Program-made: the position numbers and the translations under genes
The notes under the pieces: generated by a model
Databases searched by the model: none
What the model was told of the DNA's origin: nothing
The model's input: the letters and a program-made list of their open reading frames with translations, nothing else
DNA from: an uncultured Pseudomonadales bacterium
Lineage (GTDB): Bacteria > Patescibacteriota > Microgenomatia > UBA1400 > PJMF01
Reading direction: 5' to 3'
Assembly (NCBI GenBank): GCA_964637295.1
Contig: CAZWWE010000001.1
Coordinates: 188,312 to 252,311, forward strand
Length of the DNA: 64,000 nucleotides
Part shown: positions 22,363-31,255 of the stretch, piece by piece
How positions within the stretch are numbered: the first letter of the stretch is position 1
How the letters are laid out: each line of letters starts with the position of its first letter

Positions 22363-22972
22363 TTTCTTCTTTATAAACTACGGCTCCGGCAAACATTTTG
22401 GTGATTTTTTGACACCACTCAATCAGCCAGCGCACACTATATTTCGTACTTTTAAACTTTGCTTCTTCTTTGCTTTTGACAGTAATTGGCAACACCACCA
22501 CCGGTTGATTAGAAATAGCCACTGGAGTAACTGCTTCAGCTGCCAATTGATCAAGCGCTTGTTGTTTTTCTTTAATCAAAGCTTGCTCGCGTTGTTCTTG
22601 AGTTTCTTTAGAAATTTCTTGGATTTCTTTGCTTAAATCTGCCAACTCAGGATTAGCAGCAAACTCTCTTGACACAACATCTTGCTCAACTAATTCTGCA
22701 GTGGGCGTTTGTCCCAATAACTCTTTATTTCGACCTGCTCCAACCGAATTTTGCCCAGTTTGATCACTCGCCTCATCCAGTAAACGTTTGGCAAGGCTTT
22801 GCTCAACTAAGCTCTCAAATAAAGCCAAATCTTTTTCATCAGGCAAAGCAGCAGGATCAGGCTTCGTCATCTGCTGCTTAATTAAAACAGGCAAATACTT
22901 CACCAAAGTGGGATATTTTACCTGATTAGAACTAGAAAAAATCCTTTTTAGGGACTGGCTACTTGACACCAT
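22349..22972 (-). CDS. Hypothetical protein coupled to the ATPase gene
   Basis: 207-aa ORF overlapping the ATPase start. C-terminal SVRWLIEWC block; TATGAT 5 nt before the ATG. Confidence 0.7.
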   Translation of the reverse strand: MVSSSQSLKRIFSSSNQVKYPTLVKYLPVLIKQQMTKPDPAALPDEKDLALFESLVEQSLAKRLLDEASDQTGQNSVGAGRNKELLGQTPTAELVEQDVVSREFAANPELADLSKEIQEISKETQEQREQALIKEKQQALDQLAAEAVTPVAISNQPVVVLPITVKSKEEAKFKSTKYSVRWLIEWCQKITKMFAGAVVYKEEIDHE

Positions 22973-22991
22973 GCTCTATCATAGCGTTTTT

Positions 22992-23498
22992 TTAGTTGAA
23001 CCGAAAGAAGAGTTTTGTTTGTAAATCAAGCTCAGTCAATTTGCCAGGTAAAGTTTCGAGTACTAAATTACTGGGCGAGGGTGAATGATAAATTATTTGT
23101 GGTTCTTGCGCAGTGGCTTGTTTTTGACAAGCTAAAAATTGATTGTCCTTCAGCCAACAAATGTCTAAGTCAAACAACATATCTTTCATCCAAAAACTTT
23201 GTCGCTGTTTATTAGCAAAAACAAACAACATGCCGTCAATGGCTCGTCCAGCTTGATCAAGCATAGACTTACGAGCTGACAAGCCCTGCATTTTGCTAGC
23301 TGGCATTTTTACAACTTCTACTCTAAGTTGTTTTTTGCTTGGTGAAAAAAAATGAGTTTTTAAGTGCAAAGTAATGATTTGATGATCTTTGACCAAAAAG
23401 AGCATTCCACCAGCCTGATAAAAGTAAGACCAACAGAAAACCAAACAAACTAAGCTAATAAACAACATTCCTATTTTAAACTGAGGCGCGAATTTCAT
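22992..23498 (-). CDS. DUF192 family protein
   Basis: QGLSAR...GMLFVF...FWMKDMLFDLDICWL...VLE. Confidence 0.85.
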   Translation of the reverse strand: MKFAPQFKIGMLFISLVCLVFCWSYFYQAGGMLFLVKDHQIITLHLKTHFFSPSKKQLRVEVVKMPASKMQGLSARKSMLDQAGRAIDGMLFVFANKQRQSFWMKDMLFDLDICWLKDNQFLACQKQATAQEPQIIYHSPSPSNLVLETLPGKLTELDLQTKLFFRFN

Positions 23499-23499
23499 C

Positions 23500-24006
23500 T
23501 TAAAAAATGACGATTAATAATAAAATGAATAAATAAATTGAAGCGCCATAAACTACAAGCTGACTATTTTGTTTTTGAGCTAATTGTGGCAGATGCTGAA
23601 AAAAACGTTGTTGTAAAAGCTCTGGTTGATTTTTAAGCTGCCACATTTCGATTAACAAATAGCAATTAATCGCTAGAATAAAAGCAATTCCCCACAAACT
23701 TCCTGAAGAAGTTAAAACAAATAAACTTAAAAAAGGCAATAATAAAAGAAATAAAAAATTGCGACTAGCTAAGCTTGAAAAGTGCGAGCTATTTTGCAAG
23801 TTTAGATCAATCTTTTCTTCGTAAAATCTATACAAAAATTGTTCATCAGCGTACAGTAAAGTAATCCCACAAAGATAGGCAAAAACAAACATAAAAAGAC
23901 TACTTAAATTTTGCCAAGCTTGAAAAAAAAGAATTAAAAAAAAGAGCAGGCTCAAAGAAGCTAACACTTTAAAAATAATTTGTTTGGTTGAAAATACAGT
24001 TTTCAT
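23500..24006 (-). CDS. Multi-TM hypothetical membrane protein
   Basis: About five hydrophobic segments, FVLTSSGS motif, coupled to its neighbours. Confidence 0.7.
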   Translation of the reverse strand: MKTVFSTKQIIFKVLASLSLLFFLILFFQAWQNLSSLFMFVFAYLCGITLLYADEQFLYRFYEEKIDLNLQNSSHFSSLASRNFLFLLLLPFLSLFVLTSSGSLWGIAFILAINCYLLIEMWQLKNQPELLQQRFFQHLPQLAQKQNSQLVVYGASIYLFILLLIVIF

Positions 24007-25166
24007 TTTTTAATTTTTAAAATCTTTGCTAAAGCCCGATCAACTTGGCGACGGAAATTTTCGGAATCTTCATATTGATTAGTTAAGGCAAGGGTAATTT
24101 CTTCTAAACTTGTCGGGCTTACACCTTTGCCAAAAACCAAAACGTCGTTGCCGGCCAAAATTGCTTCACTGGCTACTTGAGTCAAATTTTTTTCTGGCAA
24201 ATCTTTGCCCTGTGCCTTAGCCGCTTTCATATTAAGATCGTCGGTAAAAAGCAAAACTTGCTGATAAGAATTAGTAAACTCTTGCAAGCATTCTGCGCTC
24301 AAGCTACAAATTTGGCCAGCCAATTTGTTTTCGAGACGCACATGAGCCGTCATGACTCCAATATTAGGAAATTTATTTAACAACTTGCTCCAAATAGCCG
24401 TATCATTTGGTCGCAGCGCAAGTGTAGTAACAGTTTGATGAGGATCCTGGCGAATGGCGCCTATACCCGGAAAATGCTTGATGACCGACATAATCCCATA
24501 CTGGGAAAAGCTCAAAATATAATTACTGGCACTAGCAAAAACTTGTTCAGGATCAGCCGCGGCGCGAGTTTTTAAAACAGCACTCTGAGAAGCCAAATCG
24601 ACGACTGGAGCAAAAACCACATTGATGCCTACAGCTGTCAACTCGCGGGCCGATTGATTAAAAACTGCTTTCTGTTGAGCGCTGGAATAAGTCGTCACGA
24701 TTTTTTGCCAAGGCTCTAATTTGCTGAAGCCTTCGCCATTTAAGCGTTGTACCAAGCCACCTTCGTGATCAACTGCCAACAAGGGCAAATAATCTGTATC
24801 TGTAAAATAACTATACAATCGATCTTTGGCTAAAAGCGCCGTGGCACTAGCGATGTTTTCACCAAAATATAAAACAAAACCTGGTTGATAATCTTCAATG
24901 AAGCGCAACATGCGCGCGCTACTAGAACTATCCTTTTCAAATTCATTTAAATCAAAAGGAACAGCCAATAATTGAGTAATTTTATCTTTTGAACGAAGAG
25001 TTTTTTTCGCCACTTGGGTTGGAGTTGGAGTTAGACTAGGTTGATCAAGAGCGGAAGTGGAATCTGAACTGCTAGAAAAAAATGGTTTTTTAAAATAATT
25101 GTAAGCCGAAAGCGCAGTTAATAATAACAAAATAAAAATCAGTAGTTTGGTAGTCCAATATTTCAT
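24003..25166 (-). CDS. nagZ: Membrane-anchored GH3 beta-N-acetylhexosaminidase (NagZ-like)
   Basis: VDHEGGLVQRL, FAPVVD, KHFPG, DPH loop and TDDLNM nucleophile. The start MKYW at 25166 overlaps the upstream stop (ATGA). Confidence 0.8.
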   Translation of the reverse strand: MKYWTTKLLIFILLLLTALSAYNYFKKPFFSSSSDSTSALDQPSLTPTPTQVAKKTLRSKDKITQLLAVPFDLNEFEKDSSSSARMLRFIEDYQPGFVLYFGENIASATALLAKDRLYSYFTDTDYLPLLAVDHEGGLVQRLNGEGFSKLEPWQKIVTTYSSAQQKAVFNQSARELTAVGINVVFAPVVDLASQSAVLKTRAAADPEQVFASASNYILSFSQYGIMSVIKHFPGIGAIRQDPHQTVTTLALRPNDTAIWSKLLNKFPNIGVMTAHVRLENKLAGQICSLSAECLQEFTNSYQQVLLFTDDLNMKAAKAQGKDLPEKNLTQVASEAILAGNDVLVFGKGVSPTSLEEITLALTNQYEDSENFRRQVDRALAKILKIKK

Positions 25167-25561
25167 GGTTTCGTCAACTCTTTTTTGAGTTGTTGTAATT
25201 TCCACATAAAAAGCTTAGCTTTATTATCTACTTTTGCATCACTCACAAAACTCAAAGCTCTTTCTAATGTGCTACGCGACATTGTTTTCGCTAATTTAAT
25301 ATACAACGAGGTGTGCCGCTTGTCTGCCAAAGTTTCTGCTAAATAACAACCAAAACTCTGAAATTCATGAGCAATGTGCTTATTGGTTTCTAAAGACTGA
25401 TATTTTTCTACATTCAGTAAATCGCTGGCCAAAGTAAAATGATGAGCTGCAGAAGTTTTAGCGGTTGCAGATTGAGTTTTGACAGACTTAGTCTCAGTTT
25501 CAAAAGTAAATAAAGAATCGCCAAATAATGAAACAGGCGCAGCTTTTTTAAGTTTGGACAT
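25163..25561 (-). CDS. Conserved-looking hypothetical protein
   Basis: Compact C-terminal helical block EFQSFG.YLAE.L.D.RH.SLYIKLAK...AKLFMWKL. It sits in an operon. Confidence 0.7.
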   Translation of the reverse strand: MSKLKKAAPVSLFGDSLFTFETETKSVKTQSATAKTSAAHHFTLASDLLNVEKYQSLETNKHIAHEFQSFGCYLAETLADKRHTSLYIKLAKTMSRSTLERALSFVSDAKVDNKAKLFMWKLQQLKKELTKP

Positions 25562-26224
25562 CTAAGCCAAATTATAACCTAAACTCTGGAGAATTTTTTT
25601 GTTCTTGGCAATTATCGCTGGTGGCAAATCGCCAGTTTCTTCAAGTGTAAAAGACAAAGGCCTCTTGGCTAATTTTTGGTAAAACTCTACTTGCGTGGCC
25701 AAAGTTTGACGAGCCAAAGTTAAATCGCTAAAAGCCAACCAATCGGCAGAGATAAGGTATTGTCCCAAATTGTAAGTGGTCTCTCCACCGGCAATGGTAA
25801 AGCAAATTTTGTTCGCAATGTGCACATTGCGAGGACGAACCATGTGCCCCTTAATTTCGTGGGCTAGTTCTAAGGGATCAGCAAAAGGCAAAAGTCCAGC
25901 ATATAGTAAGTCATTTTGATCAGCTAAAACTTGCAAATGCTGTTGCATGCTGGCATTCGCCTCATCAAAATCATTTAAACTAAAAATTTCTTTGACATAA
26001 GCATTTTCTTCATTGGCTGCTAAACGTAAGCGACGATCATCCGCCGGGCATTGTGCAAGCATTTGACGTACTGCCACTAAAATTTGTGGAAAATTAGCCA
26101 TTTTTAGACCAGCACCTAGAAAAGCCAAGCGTTTACCAAAATTAATCTGGACTCCTTCATCGCCACAAGCAATAACCCAAGGCATAGCTGGGGAGATTTG
26201 TTCTTGATTTTTTGAGTCTGACAT
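25562..26224 (-). CDS. Hypothetical protein
   Basis: 220-aa ORF with an AAGGTAG SD-like site; it abuts the next gene with a 0-nt gap. Confidence 0.7.
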   Translation of the reverse strand: MSDSKNQEQISPAMPWVIACGDEGVQINFGKRLAFLGAGLKMANFPQILVAVRQMLAQCPADDRRLRLAANEENAYVKEIFSLNDFDEANASMQQHLQVLADQNDLLYAGLLPFADPLELAHEIKGHMVRPRNVHIANKICFTIAGGETTYNLGQYLISADWLAFSDLTLARQTLATQVEFYQKLAKRPLSFTLEETGDLPPAIIAKNKKILQSLGYNLA

Positions 26225-26278
26225 TAAACTACCTTTTTAATAGAGCAGGAAATACCAAGAGTCAAAATGAAGCAAAAA

Positions 26279-26446
26279 TTAGCTTTGTTCGCGAGCATTA
26301 GTCATGCCCTGTACAACCGCTAAATATTGTTTCATTTCTTGTTCAACTTGTTGCCAATTACCATTAGCTTCACGAATTGCATTGAATAGCAAATCCATGT
26401 CAATTAGTAATTGGTCATCAGTAACAATCATTCTTTGTTTTGCCAT
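26279..26446 (-). CDS. Small 55-aa protein (below the ORF-track cutoff)
   Basis: MAKQRMIVTDDQLLIDMDLLFNAIREANGNWQQVEQEMKQYLAVVQGMTNAREQS*. An extended -10 TGcTATAAT lies 6 nt upstream of the ATG. Confidence 0.6.
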   Translation of the reverse strand: MAKQRMIVTDDQLLIDMDLLFNAIREANGNWQQVEQEMKQYLAVVQGMTNAREQS

Positions 26447-26586
26447 GAGCCTATTATAGCACTTTTAACAAATTTTTCAGGAGGAAAAAGTAGTTTGAAG
26501 CCTGGTATTTTAGAAAATTTCATCTAAAATAAAAGAACTTTAGATCTAAAATTACTAACTATAATTAGCAGCTACAGAGATATTAT

Positions 26587-27252
26587 ATGTTTAAGCAAAG
26601 CAGATTAGTTGATTTCAGTTTAAGCTTGGTCGGCTTAGTGTTACTGCTCCCTATTGCTTTGTTGTCCTATCCATTATTAGTATTTTTGCTTGATAGACCC
26701 ATCATCTTTAAACAAAAGCGTCTTGGTCAAAAAGGCAAAGTTTTTGCTTTATATAAGCTAAGAAGCATGCAGCCAAATGCGGAAAAAATCCAAAAAAAAT
26801 ATTTAGCACAAAACGAAGCTCCTTGGCCAATGTTCAAAATTACCGATGATCCCCGTTTTCTCAAAAAAACTATTAATTTCTTTGGCCAAAAAAAGGCAGA
26901 GCTAGCGATCGGCAAATTTTTATCTAAATCAGGTATTGATGAATTACCCCAACTAATCAACATTTTGCGGGGTGAAATGAGTTTAATCGGCCCCAGACCT
27001 TTGCCTATCAAAGAAGCTAACTTATTAAAAACCATTGACGCTGATTGGTACGAGTGGCGACATCGAGTTAAGCCGGGTGTTTTTTCATTTTGGGCGTTGG
27101 ACAAAAAACATAATCAATCTTTGACTTATTGGAAAAAATTAGAAAAAAAAACGCTCAGGATTAATTCTTTACAAAAAATTAAAATCGTCTGGCAAATTAT
27201 CATGCAACAATTTCAGCTAATTCTTCGGCAAATTAAGTTGAAAAATAACTAA
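26587..27252 (+). CDS. Priming phosphoglycosyltransferase (bacterial sugar transferase family)
   Basis: FKQKRLG...YKLRSM, DDPR, IDELPQLINILRGEMSLIGPRP, VKPG. Confidence 0.9.
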   Translation: MFKQSRLVDFSLSLVGLVLLLPIALLSYPLLVFLLDRPIIFKQKRLGQKGKVFALYKLRSMQPNAEKIQKKYLAQNEAPWPMFKITDDPRFLKKTINFFGQKKAELAIGKFLSKSGIDELPQLINILRGEMSLIGPRPLPIKEANLLKTIDADWYEWRHRVKPGVFSFWALDKKHNQSLTYWKKLEKKTLRINSLQKIKIVWQIIMQQFQLILRQIKLKNN

Positions 27253-27268
27253 AGTTGAAAAAACAGAT

Positions 27269-28567
27269 ATGGTAAATGTGGAAAGTAAAATTACTGAGGA
27301 AGAGACAAATCATCACCCAAGAGTGTTTATCGAATCTGCAATTAAGCCAAAGCGAACAGCAGAAAACCTCAGTCAACCCTATTCTGATTCTGATTTTGCT
27401 TTTGTTGTACATCGACCAGGAGTTTACAGATTGTTTAAGTGGCTAAAAACACAATTTTTAGCACAAGGAGCAGGGGTTCATTTTATTTGCCCAGCCGTTT
27501 TGCCTTTTCCCATCGAAACAAATGGGATGCAAACAGAAAAAGAAATTGGCAAACTTGACTATTTATTTGTAACAGATCTAACTGATTTTCCTCTAGAAAT
27601 AATTACTTTAGCCAAACAAAATAATCCCCATGTCAAAATTATTTTTATCGAACAAACAGAAAACAGCGCTCTACGATCAGTTCCAACCATGATTAGTCAC
27701 GGAATTAGTCCACGACTCATTTTGACCGTCACTCAAGAAGCGGCGCAAAAAGTGCAAACCCAGCTGCCAACTGATTATTCAGCCTTGGTAAAAGCAATTG
27801 GTAACCCTGAAATTTATGGCTCATCTTTAGACCCTAAAAAAATCAGACGCGAAGTGAGAGAAAAATTAACAATTGAAAACAGCACGAAACTGATCACTTA
27901 TATCGGCCGACCAGATGGAGCTAATTTTGATACGGAAATCATTGATCCAAAAAAACCCAATGATAGCTTAGCTTTGCAATCAGCGTTGCTGGCTTTGATA
28001 GACATTGCCAAACAGCAACCCGAGCAAGTATTTAAATTGATTTATTTGCCTCACCCAGCCGATCCTTTATCAGTAAGTCTCTGGATAAAAATCTTGCAAA
28101 GCTCCAATGGCCATTTGCCAAACAATTTGCAGTTAAGTTATGATCCTCGCCGCAGTGACCACGATTGCAATAATCATGGTCAAAAAAGAGAAAATATTTT
28201 ACAAATTGATACCAATCATTTAGCTTTGGCCAGCGATTTAGTACTCACCATTCGTTCAACGGTTGGACAGACTATGGCTTTGCTTGGGGCCTTGCGTGAC
28301 CCACAAACACCCATTCCTTTGACTCTGCATTTGCTTTTAGATAAATTCATGGAAAATATTGAAACCAGTGCTAAGCCAGATCAACTTTTAATTCTACGTT
28401 TAGGAGCAGCCCCTTTTGCCCAAAATGATAGAGATTTGGGTACGCTAATAAGACGAGCTCTCTTTGATCAAGAATTCATCACAAAATTCCGTCAACAACA
28501 AGCTCAACACTTACCAAATGAATTTTTTCATCAGCAAACAGCAGAAACAATAGGCCACTATTTGTAA
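27269..28567 (+). CDS. Hypothetical protein, possibly a GT-B-fold glycosyl- or glycerophosphotransferase
   Basis: IGNP, LIYLPHP and ASDLVLTIRSTVG resemble GT-B C-terminal motifs. The match is weak. Confidence 0.5.
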   Translation: MVNVESKITEEETNHHPRVFIESAIKPKRTAENLSQPYSDSDFAFVVHRPGVYRLFKWLKTQFLAQGAGVHFICPAVLPFPIETNGMQTEKEIGKLDYLFVTDLTDFPLEIITLAKQNNPHVKIIFIEQTENSALRSVPTMISHGISPRLILTVTQEAAQKVQTQLPTDYSALVKAIGNPEIYGSSLDPKKIRREVREKLTIENSTKLITYIGRPDGANFDTEIIDPKKPNDSLALQSALLALIDIAKQQPEQVFKLIYLPHPADPLSVSLWIKILQSSNGHLPNNLQLSYDPRRSDHDCNNHGQKRENILQIDTNHLALASDLVLTIRSTVGQTMALLGALRDPQTPIPLTLHLLLDKFMENIETSAKPDQLLILRLGAAPFAQNDRDLGTLIRRALFDQEFITKFRQQQAQHLPNEFFHQQTAETIGHYL

Positions 28568-29670
28568 GCAATTGGCGTTGAGGTGTCGACAATGGACAAA
28601 CTCATGCGACGCTGTTCTGGAACGACATTTTCTACGTTAACAGTGACTTTCTCGCCCACTTTAAGATCCAGGCCTTCTAGCTTGGAAGCATGGATTAGCG
28701 CATCAACCCCTTTTTCAACATTGATGAAAGCACCAAAAGCTTCGACTCTAGTAACTTCGCCCGTAAAGGTCGTGCCTACTCCATAGCGTTCTTCAATGCT
28801 TTCCCAAGGATCAGCTTCCAATTGTTTAATCGAAAGATTGAGTTTGTTGGTTTTTTCATCAATTCCTAAAACCTTAACTTTGATGCGATCGCCAACTTTG
28901 TGATAATCCTTAGGATGATTAACTTTTTCCCAAGAAATTTCTGAGATGTGAATTAAACCTTCCACATAACCAATGCTATCTTTATCTTCTGCATCTTTAA
29001 CCGGCACTTCTACGGTAACAAATAAACCAAAGTGCATCACTCCAGAAACTACTCCATCATAAATTTCTCCTTCTTTAACACTAGAAATGGCCAAGTCTTT
29101 TTGGGCCAATTCTTTGGCTTCGCTGACATGTCTTTCTGAGAAAATTAAGCGATTTTTTTCACGATCCACTTCAATGGCTTTAACTGGAAAAGTCACTCCT
29201 TTGAGGTTTTGAATTTTACCCATGTATTTGCGACTAAATTGACTAGATGGCACAAAAGCACGCACACCATTAACCAAAACAATTAAACCGCCGCGATTCA
29301 TTTCAATACCTTTGGCTTCTAACTCTTGATCCTTCTCCATAGCTTCTTCAAAATATTCCCATTTGGCATCTGAGGCAGCTCCTTTGAGAGACAAGGTCAC
29401 TTGACCTTTGTCGTTATCGGTGGAAATAACAATGGCCTTAACTTCATCGCCTTTTTTGAGTTCTTTGACAAAATCAACTGCAAATTCAAATTCTTTATCA
29501 GCCACGATGCCTTCAGTTTTGGCACCTAAATCAATAATCAAACTTTTTTTAGTTTTTTCAACAATCACTCCAGAAACCGTGGCGCCTTTTTTGGGAATTA
29601 CCATTTTATCTGCGTTAGCAGCTAAAAGCTCCTCCATGGTTTGTAATTTTTTGACCGCTTTGTCAGTCAT
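28558..29670 (-). CDS. rpsA: 30S ribosomal protein S1 (short form, about four S1 domains)
   Basis: AFVPSSQ, FGLFV, EGLIHISEISW, FGAFI. Start MTDK at 29670 follows an AAGGAAAGGA SD; the track start at 29748 is probably too long. Confidence 0.88.
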   Translation of the reverse strand: MTDKAVKKLQTMEELLAANADKMVIPKKGATVSGVIVEKTKKSLIIDLGAKTEGIVADKEFEFAVDFVKELKKGDEVKAIVISTDNDKGQVTLSLKGAASDAKWEYFEEAMEKDQELEAKGIEMNRGGLIVLVNGVRAFVPSSQFSRKYMGKIQNLKGVTFPVKAIEVDREKNRLIFSERHVSEAKELAQKDLAISSVKEGEIYDGVVSGVMHFGLFVTVEVPVKDAEDKDSIGYVEGLIHISEISWEKVNHPKDYHKVGDRIKVKVLGIDEKTNKLNLSIKQLEADPWESIEERYGVGTTFTGEVTRVEAFGAFINVEKGVDALIHASKLEGLDLKVGEKVTVNVENVVPEQRRMSLSIVDTSTPIAYK

Positions 29671-29912
29671 AGTAAAAATATTTCCTTTCCTTTTGGATTG
29701 GGAGATTGTATCATAAAGATTAGAGCTTTGCACTTTAATTTTAGTCACGTTCCACTAAAAATTTAGCTATTTTTAGTAAAGACTCTTTTTTTTCACTCAA
29801 TTGAGAAAGCTGTCTCAAAGCTTCATCTTGAATTAAATAATTAAGCAGCTTTCTCAAATGAACTAAAATCAAAGTACAAAGCTGAAAAATTATTAGTTGC
29901 ACTAAAAAAAAT

Positions 29913-31208
29913 ATGCTTAATACACCAAAAGTTGCTGATATCAAAGAAAAAACCGTTTTGGTCAGAGTTGATTTCAATGTTCCTCTGAAAAAAATTGAAC
30001 AAAATGGCCAAGAAAAATACGTGGTCGCTGATGATCAGCGGATTAGAAACGCTTTGGAAACGATTCTTTTCCTCAAAGAACATGATGCCAAAATCATTTT
30101 GATTTCTCATTTGGGTCGACCGGATGGTAAAGTCGTCAAAAAATATAGTCTTGCGCCGATTGCTACTTATCTTAGACAAAATCTGGGCTTGGAAAATCAA
30201 TTTGTGACCGATTGCCTTGGTGAGAAAGTCGCTGCAAAAGCTGGCAAATTGAAAAAAGGAGAAATTTTACTATTAGAAAATTTACGTTTCCATGGAGAAG
30301 AAGAAGCCAATGATCAAGCTTTTGCCAAAAAAATTGTCAAAGACACTCAAGCAGAAGTTTTTATCAATGAAGCTTTTTCTGCTGCTCATCGCGCCCATGC
30401 CTCCGTAGTTGGTTTAGCAGAACTTTTGCCAAAGTTTGCCGGCTTTGACTTGGCTGCAGAAGTTAATATTCTCACTAAAATTCTGGAAAAAGCTCCTCGA
30501 CCGTTCGTGGTCGTTTTAGGTGGCGCCAAAATTGATGATAAAGTTAGTGCCGTAGAAAATTTGACTAAACTAGCAGATTTGGTGTTAGTTGGTGGTGGCT
30601 TAGCCAATGCTTTTCTCAAAGCGAGCGACATTGAGGTACATAAATCTTTCATGGGAAAAAATGCTGAAGCAAACGTCAAAATTGCCAAAAAAATTTTAAA
30701 TAAACATCAAAGTGAAAGAAGCATGGTTGACGTAACAACCACTGGAAAGGGTTTGCCCTTGCCCAAAGTGGTCATGCCCGTCGACGTTTTAGCAGCAAAA
30801 AATGCTGACATTAGCGATGAAAAAAATGTTGTGCGACTGGAATTGCTGAAAAATGTCAAAGATAGTTCAAATGATTTAGATCTTCAATACTTAGATATTG
30901 GTAAAGAAACCATCGCTCTATACAAATATCTTTTATCCAAAGCCAAAACCATTTTCTTTAATGGCCCGCTGGGGGTTTTTGAAAATCCTCTTTTTGCTAA
31001 AGGCAGCCGAGAAATTGCGAAAAATATTGCGAAAAATACGACTGATTATGGGGCTGTAACCATTTGCGGTGGCGGCGAAACCAATGCCGTCATTAATGCT
31101 TGTGGACTACGAGATCGTTTTACACATGTTTCCACAGCAGGCGGCGCTGCTTTGGAATTTTTGGGTGGAGAAAAGCTGCCAGGAATTGAAATTCTCAAAA
31201 AAGCTTAG
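29913..31208 (+). CDS. pgk: Phosphoglycerate kinase
   Basis: VRVDFNVP, SHLGRP, LLENLRF, HRAHAS, LGGAK, NGPLGVFE, HVSTAGGAALEFL. Confidence 0.97.
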   Translation: MLNTPKVADIKEKTVLVRVDFNVPLKKIEQNGQEKYVVADDQRIRNALETILFLKEHDAKIILISHLGRPDGKVVKKYSLAPIATYLRQNLGLENQFVTDCLGEKVAAKAGKLKKGEILLLENLRFHGEEEANDQAFAKKIVKDTQAEVFINEAFSAAHRAHASVVGLAELLPKFAGFDLAAEVNILTKILEKAPRPFVVVLGGAKIDDKVSAVENLTKLADLVLVGGGLANAFLKASDIEVHKSFMGKNAEANVKIAKKILNKHQSERSMVDVTTTGKGLPLPKVVMPVDVLAAKNADISDEKNVVRLELLKNVKDSSNDLDLQYLDIGKETIALYKYLLSKAKTIFFNGPLGVFENPLFAKGSREIAKNIAKNTTDYGAVTICGGGETNAVINACGLRDRFTHVSTAGGAALEFLGGEKLPGIEILKKA

Positions 31209-31255
31209 CGGCTCACGTATTTCCAGTTGGCAAACCTTATGCGACTCAATGTGAC

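Noticed and set aside
25562-26224. ACGDEG as a beta-carbonic-anhydrase-like Cys-x-Asp zinc motif
   Set aside because: No downstream HxxC ligand pair is visible, so the evidence is too weak to assign.
29741-30688. ORFs antisense to or overlapping pgk and its promoter region
   Set aside because: They are shadow frames with no recognisable motifs, and pgk is unambiguous.
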